A DNA stretch of 64,000 nt, from positions 1,724 to 65,723 of the forward strand of contig DASWME010000013.1 of NCBI GenBank assembly GCA_036399915.1. The letters are read 5' to 3'. Position numbers and translations under genes: made by a program. The notes beneath the pieces are model-generated. The model did not search any database, was not told the DNA's origin, and saw only the letters and a list, made by a program, of their open reading frames with translations. This DNA comes from Thermoanaerobaculia bacterium (GTDB lineage: Bacteria > Acidobacteriota > Thermoanaerobaculia > Multivoradales > UBA5704). Positions 39,604 to 49,051 of the stretch are shown in pieces; within the stretch, counting starts at the first letter, position 1; every line of letters begins with the position of its first letter.

Positions 39604-40743
39604 ATGCCGAAGATCCTGCGCAACCAACCGATCCGCACCTGGGAAGCCGGGGACAGTGTCCAGGGCTTCGCGCTCCTCACCAAGAAGGAGATGCGCCAGG
39701 ACCGCAACGGCAAGAGCTTTCTGGACCTGGAGATCACGGACGCGAGCGGCTCCATGGTGGCCAAGGTGTGGTCCGACAGCCCGGCCCTCAGCGGCAGCTT
39801 CGAGCCCCACCAGTTCGTCGCCTTCCGCGGCTCGGTGAAGAACTACCGCGACCAGCTCCAGCTCACCATCGACGACTGCCGCCAAGCCACCGAGGGGGAC
39901 CGGCACTACGGCTTCGACGAGTCGAAGCTCATCCCGTCCACGCGCGAGGACATCGATGATCTCTGGATGCGACTCCAGCGCACCTACGCGGAGGGCGTGG
40001 ACCGGCCGGTGCTGCGCCGCCTGGCCACGGAGACGCTGGCGGTCCACGGCCCGGCCCTGCGCGAGCATCCGGCGGCCAAGTCGATGCACCACGCCTACCG
40101 CGGCGGCCTGCTCGAGCATGTGGTCTCCATGGCGGAGCTGGCCCTGCTCGTCTGCGGCCACTACCGGGACCTCGACCGCGACCTCCTGCTGCTCGGCGTG
40201 CTCTTCCACGACCTCGGCAAGCTGCGCGAGCTGGGGGCCATGCCGGTCAACGACTACACCCTCGAAGGCCGGCTCGTCGGGCACGTCGTCATCGGCCGCG
40301 ACCTGCTGATCGAGCGTTGCGCCGCCATCGCGGGCTTCCCCGAGGACCTGCGGCTGCTGCTCGAGCACCTGGTCCTCTCCCACCAGGGCAGGAAGGAGTT
40401 CGCCTCGCCGGTGGAGCCGATGACCCCCGAGGCCCTGGCCCTCCACTTCATCGACGACCTCGACTCCAAGATCAACCAGCTCCGCGCCTCCCGCGAGGCC
40501 GCGACCGGTATGCAGTACCACCGCGGCCTCGGCCGCTACGTGTATCTGCCGGCGCCGCCCTCCCCCGAGGAGCGCCAGGAGATGGCCGAGCAGGCCGAGA
40601 TCGCGGCGATCGCCGCCGAGCCCCACGCCCTCGAGGTCGCGGAGATGGAGATGCCGCCCGAGCTGGACCCCCTGGCCGAGGCCGAGCCCGCCGCCGAGGA
40701 GGAGGCGGAGGAGGTCCAGGCGCCACTGTTTCGTGCGGAGTAG
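39604..40743 (+). CDS. OB-fold + HD-domain 3'-5' exoribonuclease (YhaM/Cbf1 family)
   Basis: L.DASG...AKVW, PAAKSMHHAYRGGLLEH, HDLGK, SHQG, P.TPEA..LH.IDDLD. Confidence 0.85.
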   Translation: MPKILRNQPIRTWEAGDSVQGFALLTKKEMRQDRNGKSFLDLEITDASGSMVAKVWSDSPALSGSFEPHQFVAFRGSVKNYRDQLQLTIDDCRQATEGDRHYGFDESKLIPSTREDIDDLWMRLQRTYAEGVDRPVLRRLATETLAVHGPALREHPAAKSMHHAYRGGLLEHVVSMAELALLVCGHYRDLDRDLLLLGVLFHDLGKLRELGAMPVNDYTLEGRLVGHVVIGRDLLIERCAAIAGFPEDLRLLLEHLVLSHQGRKEFASPVEPMTPEALALHFIDDLDSKINQLRASREAATGMQYHRGLGRYVYLPAPPSPEERQEMAEQAEIAAIAAEPHALEVAEMEMPPELDPLAEAEPAAEEEAEEVQAPLFRAE

Positions 40744-40760
40744 CTGCCGCCGAAAACGAA

Positions 40761-40784
40761 GAGCGCCGCCCCCAGGCGGCGCTC
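40761..40784. terminator. Intrinsic terminator between convergent genes
   Basis: GAGCGCCGCC-ccca-GGCGGCGCTC stem; TTCGTTTT follows on the - strand. Confidence 0.6.
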
Positions 40785-40807
40785 CCTTCAGGTCACGTTT
40801 TCGCTCT

Positions 40808-41512
40808 TCAGGGATCGAGACGGATGCGGAAATCGGCCTGGTTGCCCCAGGTAGGCGCGGCCGTGCAACTGAACACCGGCCAGCCCCAGGAGAGGATGGC
40901 CCGAGCCTTGAGCGTCCGGCCATTGTTGGGCAGCGACAGCAGGCGCCAGTCGGACTGCACCACGGCGGCGAAGTACCAGTTCGGGTTCACGCCGAAGGCT
41001 TCGTCGTGGATGTGGAACCCGTTGATGTTCACCGGCACCAGGCCCGCGCCGTAATCGACACAGAAGAGGACGAACTCGTGGCTCCCCGGAGCCGCGCAGA
41101 TCTGGCCACCGAAGCCGAAGCGCTGCCGGATCTCGATGGTGCAGGCCAGTTCCTCGCGCTGCGGGTGATAGCCGCAAGACTTGATCGCCTCATAGAAGGT
41201 GCTGCCCGTGTTGGTGATGATCTGGGTCGATGGAGACGTCGGGCCCGGAGCCACAGCCGCCGCGGCGGCGGATTCGCCCGTCGCCTCGCTCGACGCCGCG
41301 GCGGTCGTCGTCCCCGCGGCCTGAACCGAATCGTCCGCCGTGCACCCGCTGTACTTGGCGCTGACCTCCTCGGGCGACAGGCCGGCGTTGAGGTCGGACT
41401 GCACCTGCTGACGGGTAATCACACAGTTCTGCGCGAAGCTGCTGGACAGCCCCCCCAGCAGCAGCAGAACAGCCAGAATCGCGATCCGCAAGAATCCAGG
41501 TTGACGCAGCAT
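40808..41512 (-). CDS. Secreted Cys-containing hypothetical protein
   Basis: Signal peptide; Ala/Thr linker; compact C-terminal domain ending ARAILSW...P.WGN. Confidence 0.75.
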   Translation of the reverse strand: MLRQPGFLRIAILAVLLLLGGLSSSFAQNCVITRQQVQSDLNAGLSPEEVSAKYSGCTADDSVQAAGTTTAAASSEATGESAAAAAVAPGPTSPSTQIITNTGSTFYEAIKSCGYHPQREELACTIEIRQRFGFGGQICAAPGSHEFVLFCVDYGAGLVPVNINGFHIHDEAFGVNPNWYFAAVVQSDWRLLSLPNNGRTLKARAILSWGWPVFSCTAAPTWGNQADFRIRLDP

Positions 41513-41698
41513 GGATCTCTCCTTTCAAGGTCCGGAGACCTCGTCCAAGTTCTGAGATGAATGCCGCGGGGCCCCATCGGCCCGGGGAAGCTAACAGATG
41601 TTAAGAATATTTGCAAGTGGCGATCACGCGCCGAATCAGCGACGACCGGCGCTCCCGGCTCCGGCGAGCTAGGATAGGGTAAGGGGGGAGGGGAACGC

Positions 41699-43270
<1,572 letters not shown>

Positions 43271-43275
43271 AGCGT

Positions 43276-43830
43276 CCGCCGGCGCAACGACAAGGCCTGC
43301 CCGCGCAGTCGGTGGATCCGCCGGCGCGGCGAGGACGTCCGCCGGCGCCGCGACACCTCCCGCCTGCAGCTCGACGAGGCCCGCCCGCGTAGCTGGTTCA
43401 TCCGCCTGCGCAGTTGGTCGAACCGCCCGCGTCTCGACAAATCCCGCCTGCAGCTCGACAAGGCCCGCCGGCGCGGCGAGAGCGTCCGCCCGCGTCTCGA
43501 CAAGGCCCGCCTGCCTGGCCGGTTGATCCGCCCGCAGCTCGACGAGGCCCGCCTGCGCAGTTGGTTGACCCGCCGCTGCAGGCGGGAGGACAAATTGCTC
43601 AGGCGGTAGGCCCGCCTGCTCAGGCGGCTGAGCAAATGACCCAGGCGGAAGGCCCGCTTGCCCAGGCGGGAGGACAAATTACTCAGGCGGCTGAGCAAGT
43701 TACGCAGGCGGGAGGACAAACTGCGCAGGCGGGAGAACAAATTGCGCCGGCGGTTGGCCAAATTCCTCGGGCGGACGAGCCAGCTGCGCAGGCGGGAGAA
43801 GAAATTGCGCCGGCGGTAGGCCCGCCGGCG
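43276..43830. repeat. Bipartite 21-bp array: 15 CCGCCNG-core units then 12 inverted CNGGCGG-core units
   Basis: Cores fall exactly every 21 nt (43276...43570; 43579...43810); the two cores are reverse complements. Confidence 0.92.
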
Positions 43831-43881
43831 CCGGCACGAGAAAGGAATGACAAGCGCGCCTTCGAAGGCCTGGCCCCCGGC

Positions 43882-44991
43882 TCAGGCGAAAGGCACCGGG
43901 CTCACGCGGACGCCCTGCAGCCGGAACGCCCGCCGCAGTTCCGGGGCCAGGAAGCTCCACTGACGGCGGTCCAGCCGCCCGGCCGCGGCGTCCTCCGCAT
44001 AGATCGCCAACGCGCCCAGCGCCAGGTCGAGGCCCGGCCGGCCCGCGAAGCGCGTGGCCAACTCCTCCACAGGGGCGCTCAACTCCCCGCCTCTCCCCAG
44101 CTCCCTCAGCACGAGCCCCAGATCGATCGTCGCCAGAGTGGTTTCGGGAAGCAGGCGCCGCGCGATCAGCTTGCGCCGCACCGCCTCCAGCAGGGGCTCG
44201 GCCGCCGCGACCTCGCCCGCGCCTGCAGCCACCCGGCCCTCCATCCAATACAGGGCGAACAGCGCCTTCTCATGGCGCACCCCTCCGTAGAGCCTCCAAG
44301 CGCTCTCGCGGGCCTGCCTCGCCTTCGCGGCCTCGCCGGCTGCCGCGAAGCAGAGCGCCAGGCCCAGGCCGCTGCGCACGGCCAGCCAGGCCTCCCCCGC
44401 GCGCTCCAGCGCCCGCCAGGCCCGCCGCAGCAGCGGCGCCGCCCACCCCGTCTCGCCCTCCTCCACATACAGCAGGCCGAGCAGCGCCCGGCACGCCTCC
44501 TCCTCCTTGCCATTCTGCGCCTGGCCAAAGAGCTGCAAGCCGTGGTGCAGCAGCGCGGCGGCTTCCGCGGTGCGCCCCTGGTCCCAGCGCAGCAGGCCCA
44601 GGGCGCGGCAGAACCGCCCGCGGCCCGCGGCTTCGAGCGTAAGGTACTGCGCCCGCTCCAGAAGGGCTTCCGCGGTTTCGACGTGGCCCATCAGCCGGCG
44701 CGCCGTGGCCGTCAGGCACAAAGCGCGCGCCAGGCCCTCGCTCTTGGCCGCGGGCGCGAGCCTGCCGCGTGTGCCCAGCCGCACGCAGAGCTCCGCCCCC
44801 AGGGTCGCCAGCTCGTTGGCCCGCCGCGGCGCGAACGGCAGCGCGGCCTGCGCTTCCTCCAGCACCAGCTCGTAGAGCTCCAGGCTGTGAAAGCGCTCCT
44901 CCTTTACGCGCTCCATCCGCTCCTCCCCGGCACCCGCCATGAGCTCGCCGAGCAGGCGCACCGTCTGTGGCTTCGATTTGGGAGGGCTCAT
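43882..44991 (-). CDS. TPR-like protein without HTH (related to 20262-21425)
   Basis: LTATARRLMG, LGLLRWDQG, LYWMEGRVAA, LATIDLGL; ATGA-coupled to the upstream gene. Confidence 0.8.
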   Translation of the reverse strand: MSPPKSKPQTVRLLGELMAGAGEERMERVKEERFHSLELYELVLEEAQAALPFAPRRANELATLGAELCVRLGTRGRLAPAAKSEGLARALCLTATARRLMGHVETAEALLERAQYLTLEAAGRGRFCRALGLLRWDQGRTAEAAALLHHGLQLFGQAQNGKEEEACRALLGLLYVEEGETGWAAPLLRRAWRALERAGEAWLAVRSGLGLALCFAAAGEAAKARQARESAWRLYGGVRHEKALFALYWMEGRVAAGAGEVAAAEPLLEAVRRKLIARRLLPETTLATIDLGLVLRELGRGGELSAPVEELATRFAGRPGLDLALGALAIYAEDAAAGRLDRRQWSFLAPELRRAFRLQGVRVSPVPFA

Positions 44992-45218
44992 TCTTCGTCC
45001 TCAGAGGCGGCCGCGCTGAGGTCGTCGATGGCAGGCACGACCAGATCGATGAGCACGCAGCCGATCACGTCGCGCAGCTCCGGCTCCACGTCCCCCAGGC
45101 GCACCCCGTGCTCGGGTTGCGGCGGCAGGGCTGCGGAGATGCGCTTCAACCGGTCGCGGATCGCATACAGGTCCTGCACCACCTCGCGGAGTTGCTCCCG
45201 CGCCTCGGCCTCGGTCAT
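44988..45218 (-). CDS. Small helical 'PAIDDL' protein (paralog of 13359-13604)
   Basis: LYAIRDRL...LRDVIGCVLIDLVVPAIDDLSAAA. Confidence 0.7.
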   Translation of the reverse strand: MTEAEAREQLREVVQDLYAIRDRLKRISAALPPQPEHGVRLGDVEPELRDVIGCVLIDLVVPAIDDLSAAASEDEE

Positions 45219-45631
45219 CTGGCTTTCCTGTGGAAGGGGAGGACGGCCCGCGGCCGCCGCAGACCCTTGGGCCCGGCCGGCACCGGCTCGGGCTCTTCGC
45301 CGTGGAGAAGGCGCAGCACCGCTTCGATGTTCGCTTGCGCGCTCTGCAGCTCCGCGATGATCTCCCTCGCCAGCTCCTCCGGAGTCTCTTCGCCGAGGTC
45401 CTCCTCCGGGGCGGGCCGCACGAACTGGTGGATCTCCGCCAGCGCGCCGGCCGCGCCCAGACCCCACAACCGACGCGTCACCCGCAGGCACCGCGGGCAG
45501 CCGCTCAGTAGGTGGCGCACCACGGCGCGCGCCTCGGGACCAGGCAGGCTGGCGCGCATGAAAAGCTCCAGGTCCCTCTCCTCAGGATGGCGGGTTGGCG
45601 CGGATCGGAGGCTCTCGCCCGGGATGATCAT
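45215..45631 (-). CDS. zf-HC2-like zinc finger protein (paralog of 13604-13846)
   Basis: HPEERDLELFMRA...EARAVVRHLLSGCPRC..TRRLW.LG. Confidence 0.7.
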   Translation of the reverse strand: MIIPGESLRSAPTRHPEERDLELFMRASLPGPEARAVVRHLLSGCPRCLRVTRRLWGLGAAGALAEIHQFVRPAPEEDLGEETPEELAREIIAELQSAQANIEAVLRLLHGEEPEPVPAGPKGLRRPRAVLPFHRKAR

Positions 45632-45806
45632 GTTCCGCGCGATTGTGGCGGCTCGGCGGGACCGTCAAGACATCACTTAGGAGATTGGCGAACCTTTGAA
45701 TACAATACGCGGGTAGCGCCCGGGAGTGTCGCCTCCGCCGTGTCACGTCCCACACGCCGGAGGCACCGAGGTACTGTGGAGCCCTTCCTTCCATGGAGAT
45801 CGTTGC

Positions 45807-47279
45807 ATGCCGCGCAAGCTCACGTTCCGGCAGCTTCTCCTGTCCATCCTGGCGCTCTGGCACGACGTCAGCCAGAAGGAGATGGCCGCCGCCGCCGGCA
45901 TGTCCCAGAGCCGCGTCTCCCAGCATCTGAGCCGCGAGCGCGGCGGCGAGATCAAGGACGAGGACTTCGAGCGCCTGCTGGCGGCCCTGAAAGCCAAGCC
46001 CGCGGAGGTGCGGCTGGTGACGGCCTGCCTCGAAGGCCTCGACGCCCTGGAGGCGTCCGAGGACCTCACTGAGGAGGAGCGGGCCGAGATCGAGGAGGCG
46101 GCGCTCGCCGCCGCGCGCTTCGCCCGCGAAGGCCTCACCGAGGCCGTCCGCCGCTCCCGGACGGTGCCGGTCGAGGCCTACCCCGAGCCCCAGCAGGTCA
46201 AAGTGGCCCGCCGCCGGGCCGAGGAGCAGTGGCGGCTGTTGGCGGACCTTCCGTCCGAGGCCAGGCTGGCCGTGGTAAGCGTGGCCGCGGAGTTCCAGAA
46301 CTGGGCGCTCTGCGAAAGAATCTGCGCCGAATCCACGCAGCGAGCGTCGCGCAGCGTCGAGGAGGCGGCAGACCTGGCGCGGCTCGCCGAGGCCATCGCG
46401 GAGCAGGTCCGCGGACCCGAGGGCTGGCGCCTGCGGGTCCAGAGCTACGCCAGCGCGCACGGGGCGAACGCCCTCCGCGTCGCCGGCGAGCTGAGGGCGG
46501 CAGAGGCTGGCCTCGAGAGGGCCAGGCGGCTCTGGCACGCGGGCTCAGATCCCCATGGGCTGCTCGATCCCGGCCGGCTGCTCGACCTGGAGGCGTCCCT
46601 GCGCCGGGATCAACGCCATTTCGCCGAGGCCCTGGCCCTCCTCGACCAAGCCGCGGCCGTGGGCCGCTCCCCCGGGCGCGTCCTGATCAAGAAGGGGTTC
46701 ACGCTGGAGGTCCTGGGCGAGTACGAGCGCGCCATCGAGGCCCTCCTCAGGGCGGCACCCCTGGTGGAGCGCCAGGGCGATTCGCGGCTGCTCTACATGC
46801 AGCGCTTCAACCTGGCCGTCCTCTGCTGCCATCTGGGCCGCTTCTCCGAGGCCACCGAGCTGCTGGACCAGGTGCGGGACCTGGTTACGGAAAGAGGCGA
46901 CGCCATCGAGCTCAACCGCGTGACCTGGCTGGAGGGCCGCATCGCCGCCGGGCTGGGCCGGCCGCACGAGGCTCTCCGGCTCCTGAGGCAGGCCCGGGAG
47001 AGGTTCGCCGCGGAGAGGATGTCGTACGACGTGGCCCTGGCGCTGCTCGAAGAGGCGGTGCTCCTCCTGGACCAGGGCCGTGCTGCCGAGGTCAAGGTCC
47101 TGGCCCAGGAGCTGACCGAGGTGTTCCAGTCGAAAGGAGTGCACCGCGAGGCCCTGGCCGCCCTGCGGCTCTTCAAGGATGCGGCGGACCAGGAAACCGC
47201 CACGGCCGCGCTGGCCCGCCGGGTCCTCGCCTACCTCTTCCGGGCTCGCCACGACCACGGCCTGCGGTTCGAGTCATGA
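45807..47279 (+). CDS. XRE-HTH + TPR regulator, copy 2A
   Basis: VSQKEMAAAAGMSQSRVSQHL HTH; TPR body with WALCERIC, ANALRV, LLDLEASL. Confidence 0.9.
   Translation: MPRKLTFRQLLLSILALWHDVSQKEMAAAAGMSQSRVSQHLSRERGGEIKDEDFERLLAALKAKPAEVRLVTACLEGLDALEASEDLTEEERAEIEEAALAAARFAREGLTEAVRRSRTVPVEAYPEPQQVKVARRRAEEQWRLLADLPSEARLAVVSVAAEFQNWALCERICAESTQRASRSVEEAADLARLAEAIAEQVRGPEGWRLRVQSYASAHGANALRVAGELRAAEAGLERARRLWHAGSDPHGLLDPGRLLDLEASLRRDQRHFAEALALLDQAAAVGRSPGRVLIKKGFTLEVLGEYERAIEALLRAAPLVERQGDSRLLYMQRFNLAVLCCHLGRFSEATELLDQVRDLVTERGDAIELNRVTWLEGRIAAGLGRPHEALRLLRQARERFAAERMSYDVALALLEEAVLLLDQGRAAEVKVLAQELTEVFQSKGVHREALAALRLFKDAADQETATAALARRVLAYLFRARHDHGLRFES
46210..47279 (+). repeat. About 1.07-kb direct repeat of 47982-49051 (shared TPR-coding region)
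   Basis: Gapless at offset 1772, roughly 90% identical by eye; 5' HTH regions unrelated. Confidence 0.9.
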
Positions 47280-47507
47280 GCAGGGTCGGCCGTCGGGGTC
47301 CATGCCGCAGCCTGCCTCAATCTCGGGCCCAGGCTGGGGAGCGGTGTTGCAGTGGCCGCTGGGGTCCATCCCGCAGCCTTCCTTGGTGGACGATCCGCTG
47401 CCAAGCAAGGACAGAAACGTCCGGAACGGGCCGAGGAGGTCGGGCCGGGGGCCCGGCGAGGTGAGGAGGGAGGAGGCAAGGGCCAGGGCGACGAGGATGC
47501 GTTGCAT
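47274..47507 (-). CDS. Secreted peptide precursor with two GCGMDPxG cores (peptide P2)
   Basis: MQRILVALALASSLL...; cores KEGCGMDPSGHC and EAGCGMDPDGRPC; shares the TCATGA stop palindrome with 2A. Confidence 0.8.
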   Translation of the reverse strand: MQRILVALALASSLLTSPGPRPDLLGPFRTFLSLLGSGSSTKEGCGMDPSGHCNTAPQPGPEIEAGCGMDPDGRPCS

Positions 47508-47623
47508 GGGATCATCTCCTGCGCGGCGCCCGGCCGCGGCCGCCATGGCTCGCGCGGGCCGCGCCCGTAATCTTAGGTGTGGGGCCGGCGAAAATTCGCC
47601 AATTTCCTAAGTGGGGGGATCGG

Positions 47624-49051
47624 ATGAGACGAGAGCATCTGCTGGCCCGCCTGCTGCGGGCGGTCTCCGGCAAGACCCAGGAGCAGTTCGGCGAGGAAAC
47701 CGGCGTGCACCCCTCCCTCATCGCCTTGATCGAGCTGGGGAAGGCCACGCCCGGCCGCGACCTTCTGGAGCGAATGGCGCGCTGCGCCTCGATCTCCCTG
47801 CCGGACGCCGACGAGGTCCTCGGCTCGTACGAGACGCTCCGCAGGACGCCCCAAAGGCAGGGCGGTGGTGTGGAGGACCTCTTCCGCGAGATCACGGAGA
47901 GGTTCGATACCTGGGCCAGGGCTGCCTACGGCCGTCTCCTGCGCCTCCCCCTGCCGGACCAGTCGCCGCGGGAGGAGGATCGCCGCCGGGCCGAGGAGCA
48001 GTGGCGGTTGTTGGCGGATCTCCCATCAGAGTCCAGGCTGGCGGTGGTGCGCGTGGCCGCGGAGTACCAGAACTGGGCGCTCTGCGAAAGGGTTTGCGCC
48101 GAATCGACGCAGCGAGCATCGAGCAACGTGGAGGAAGCGACGGCCCTGGCACGCCTCGCCGAGGAGATCGCGGAGCGGGTCCGCGGCCCCGAGGCCTGGC
48201 GCCTGCGGGTCCAGGGCTATGCCAGCGCGCACGGGGCGAACGCGCTGCGCGTCGCCGGCGAGCTGAGAGCGGCGGAGGCTGGCCTCGAGAAGGCCAGGCG
48301 GCTCTGGCACGCGGGCTCGGACCCCGAGGGATTGCTCGATCCCGGCCGTCTGCTCGACCTGGAGGCGTCCTTGCGCAGAGATCAACGCCGCTTTGCCGAG
48401 GCCCTGGCCCTGCTCGACGAAGCCGCGGCCGTGGGCCGCTCCCCCGGGCGCGTCCTGATCAAGAAGGGATTCACGCTGGAGGTCATGGGCGAGTACGAGC
48501 ACGCCATCGAGACCCTCCTTCAGGCGGCGCACGTGGTGGAGCGCCAGGGCGATGCGCGGCTTCTCTACATGCAGCGCTTCAACCTGGCCGTCCTCTGCTG
48601 CCATGTGGGCCGCTTCTCCGAGGCCACCGAATTGCTGGACCAGGTGCGGGACCTGGTTACGAAAAGGGGCGACGCCATCGAGCTCAACCGCGTGACCTGG
48701 CTGGAAGGCCGCATCGCGGCGGGCCTGGGCCGGCCGCACGAGGCCCTACGGCTCCTGAAGCAGGCGCGGGAGAGGTTCGCCGCGGAGAGGATGTCGTACG
48801 ACGTGGCCCTGGCGCTGCTGGAGGAGGCGGTGCTGCTCCTGGACCAGGGCCGCGCTGCCGAGGTCAAGGTCCTGGCCCGGGAGCTGACCAGGGTGTTCAA
48901 GTCGAAGGGAGTGCACCGCGAGGCCCTGGCCGCCCTGCGGTTGTTCAAGGATGCGGCGGACCAGGAAACCGCCACGGCCAGGCTGGCCCGCCGGGTGCTC
49001 GCCTACCTCTTCCGGACCCGCCACGACCCCGGCCTGCGGTTCGAGTCATAA
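47624..49051 (+). CDS. XRE-HTH + TPR regulator, copy 2B
   Basis: KTQEQFGEETGVHPSLIALIELG HTH; TPR body near-identical to 2A. Confidence 0.9.
   Translation: MRREHLLARLLRAVSGKTQEQFGEETGVHPSLIALIELGKATPGRDLLERMARCASISLPDADEVLGSYETLRRTPQRQGGGVEDLFREITERFDTWARAAYGRLLRLPLPDQSPREEDRRRAEEQWRLLADLPSESRLAVVRVAAEYQNWALCERVCAESTQRASSNVEEATALARLAEEIAERVRGPEAWRLRVQGYASAHGANALRVAGELRAAEAGLEKARRLWHAGSDPEGLLDPGRLLDLEASLRRDQRRFAEALALLDEAAAVGRSPGRVLIKKGFTLEVMGEYEHAIETLLQAAHVVERQGDARLLYMQRFNLAVLCCHVGRFSEATELLDQVRDLVTKRGDAIELNRVTWLEGRIAAGLGRPHEALRLLKQARERFAAERMSYDVALALLEEAVLLLDQGRAAEVKVLARELTRVFKSKGVHREALAALRLFKDAADQETATARLARRVLAYLFRTRHDPGLRFES

Noticed and set aside
40784-40797. 14-nt exact match (CCCTTCAGGTCACG) to unit 8 of the 21448 array
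   Set aside because: A rough expectation over all array 14-mers in a 64-kb GC-rich window is about 0.2, so not significant
41590-41620. TAACA-GA-TGTTA palindrome and RamB-like AGAATATTTGCAA upstream of aceB
   Set aside because: Short, imperfect matches; cannot be distinguished from chance without comparative footprinting
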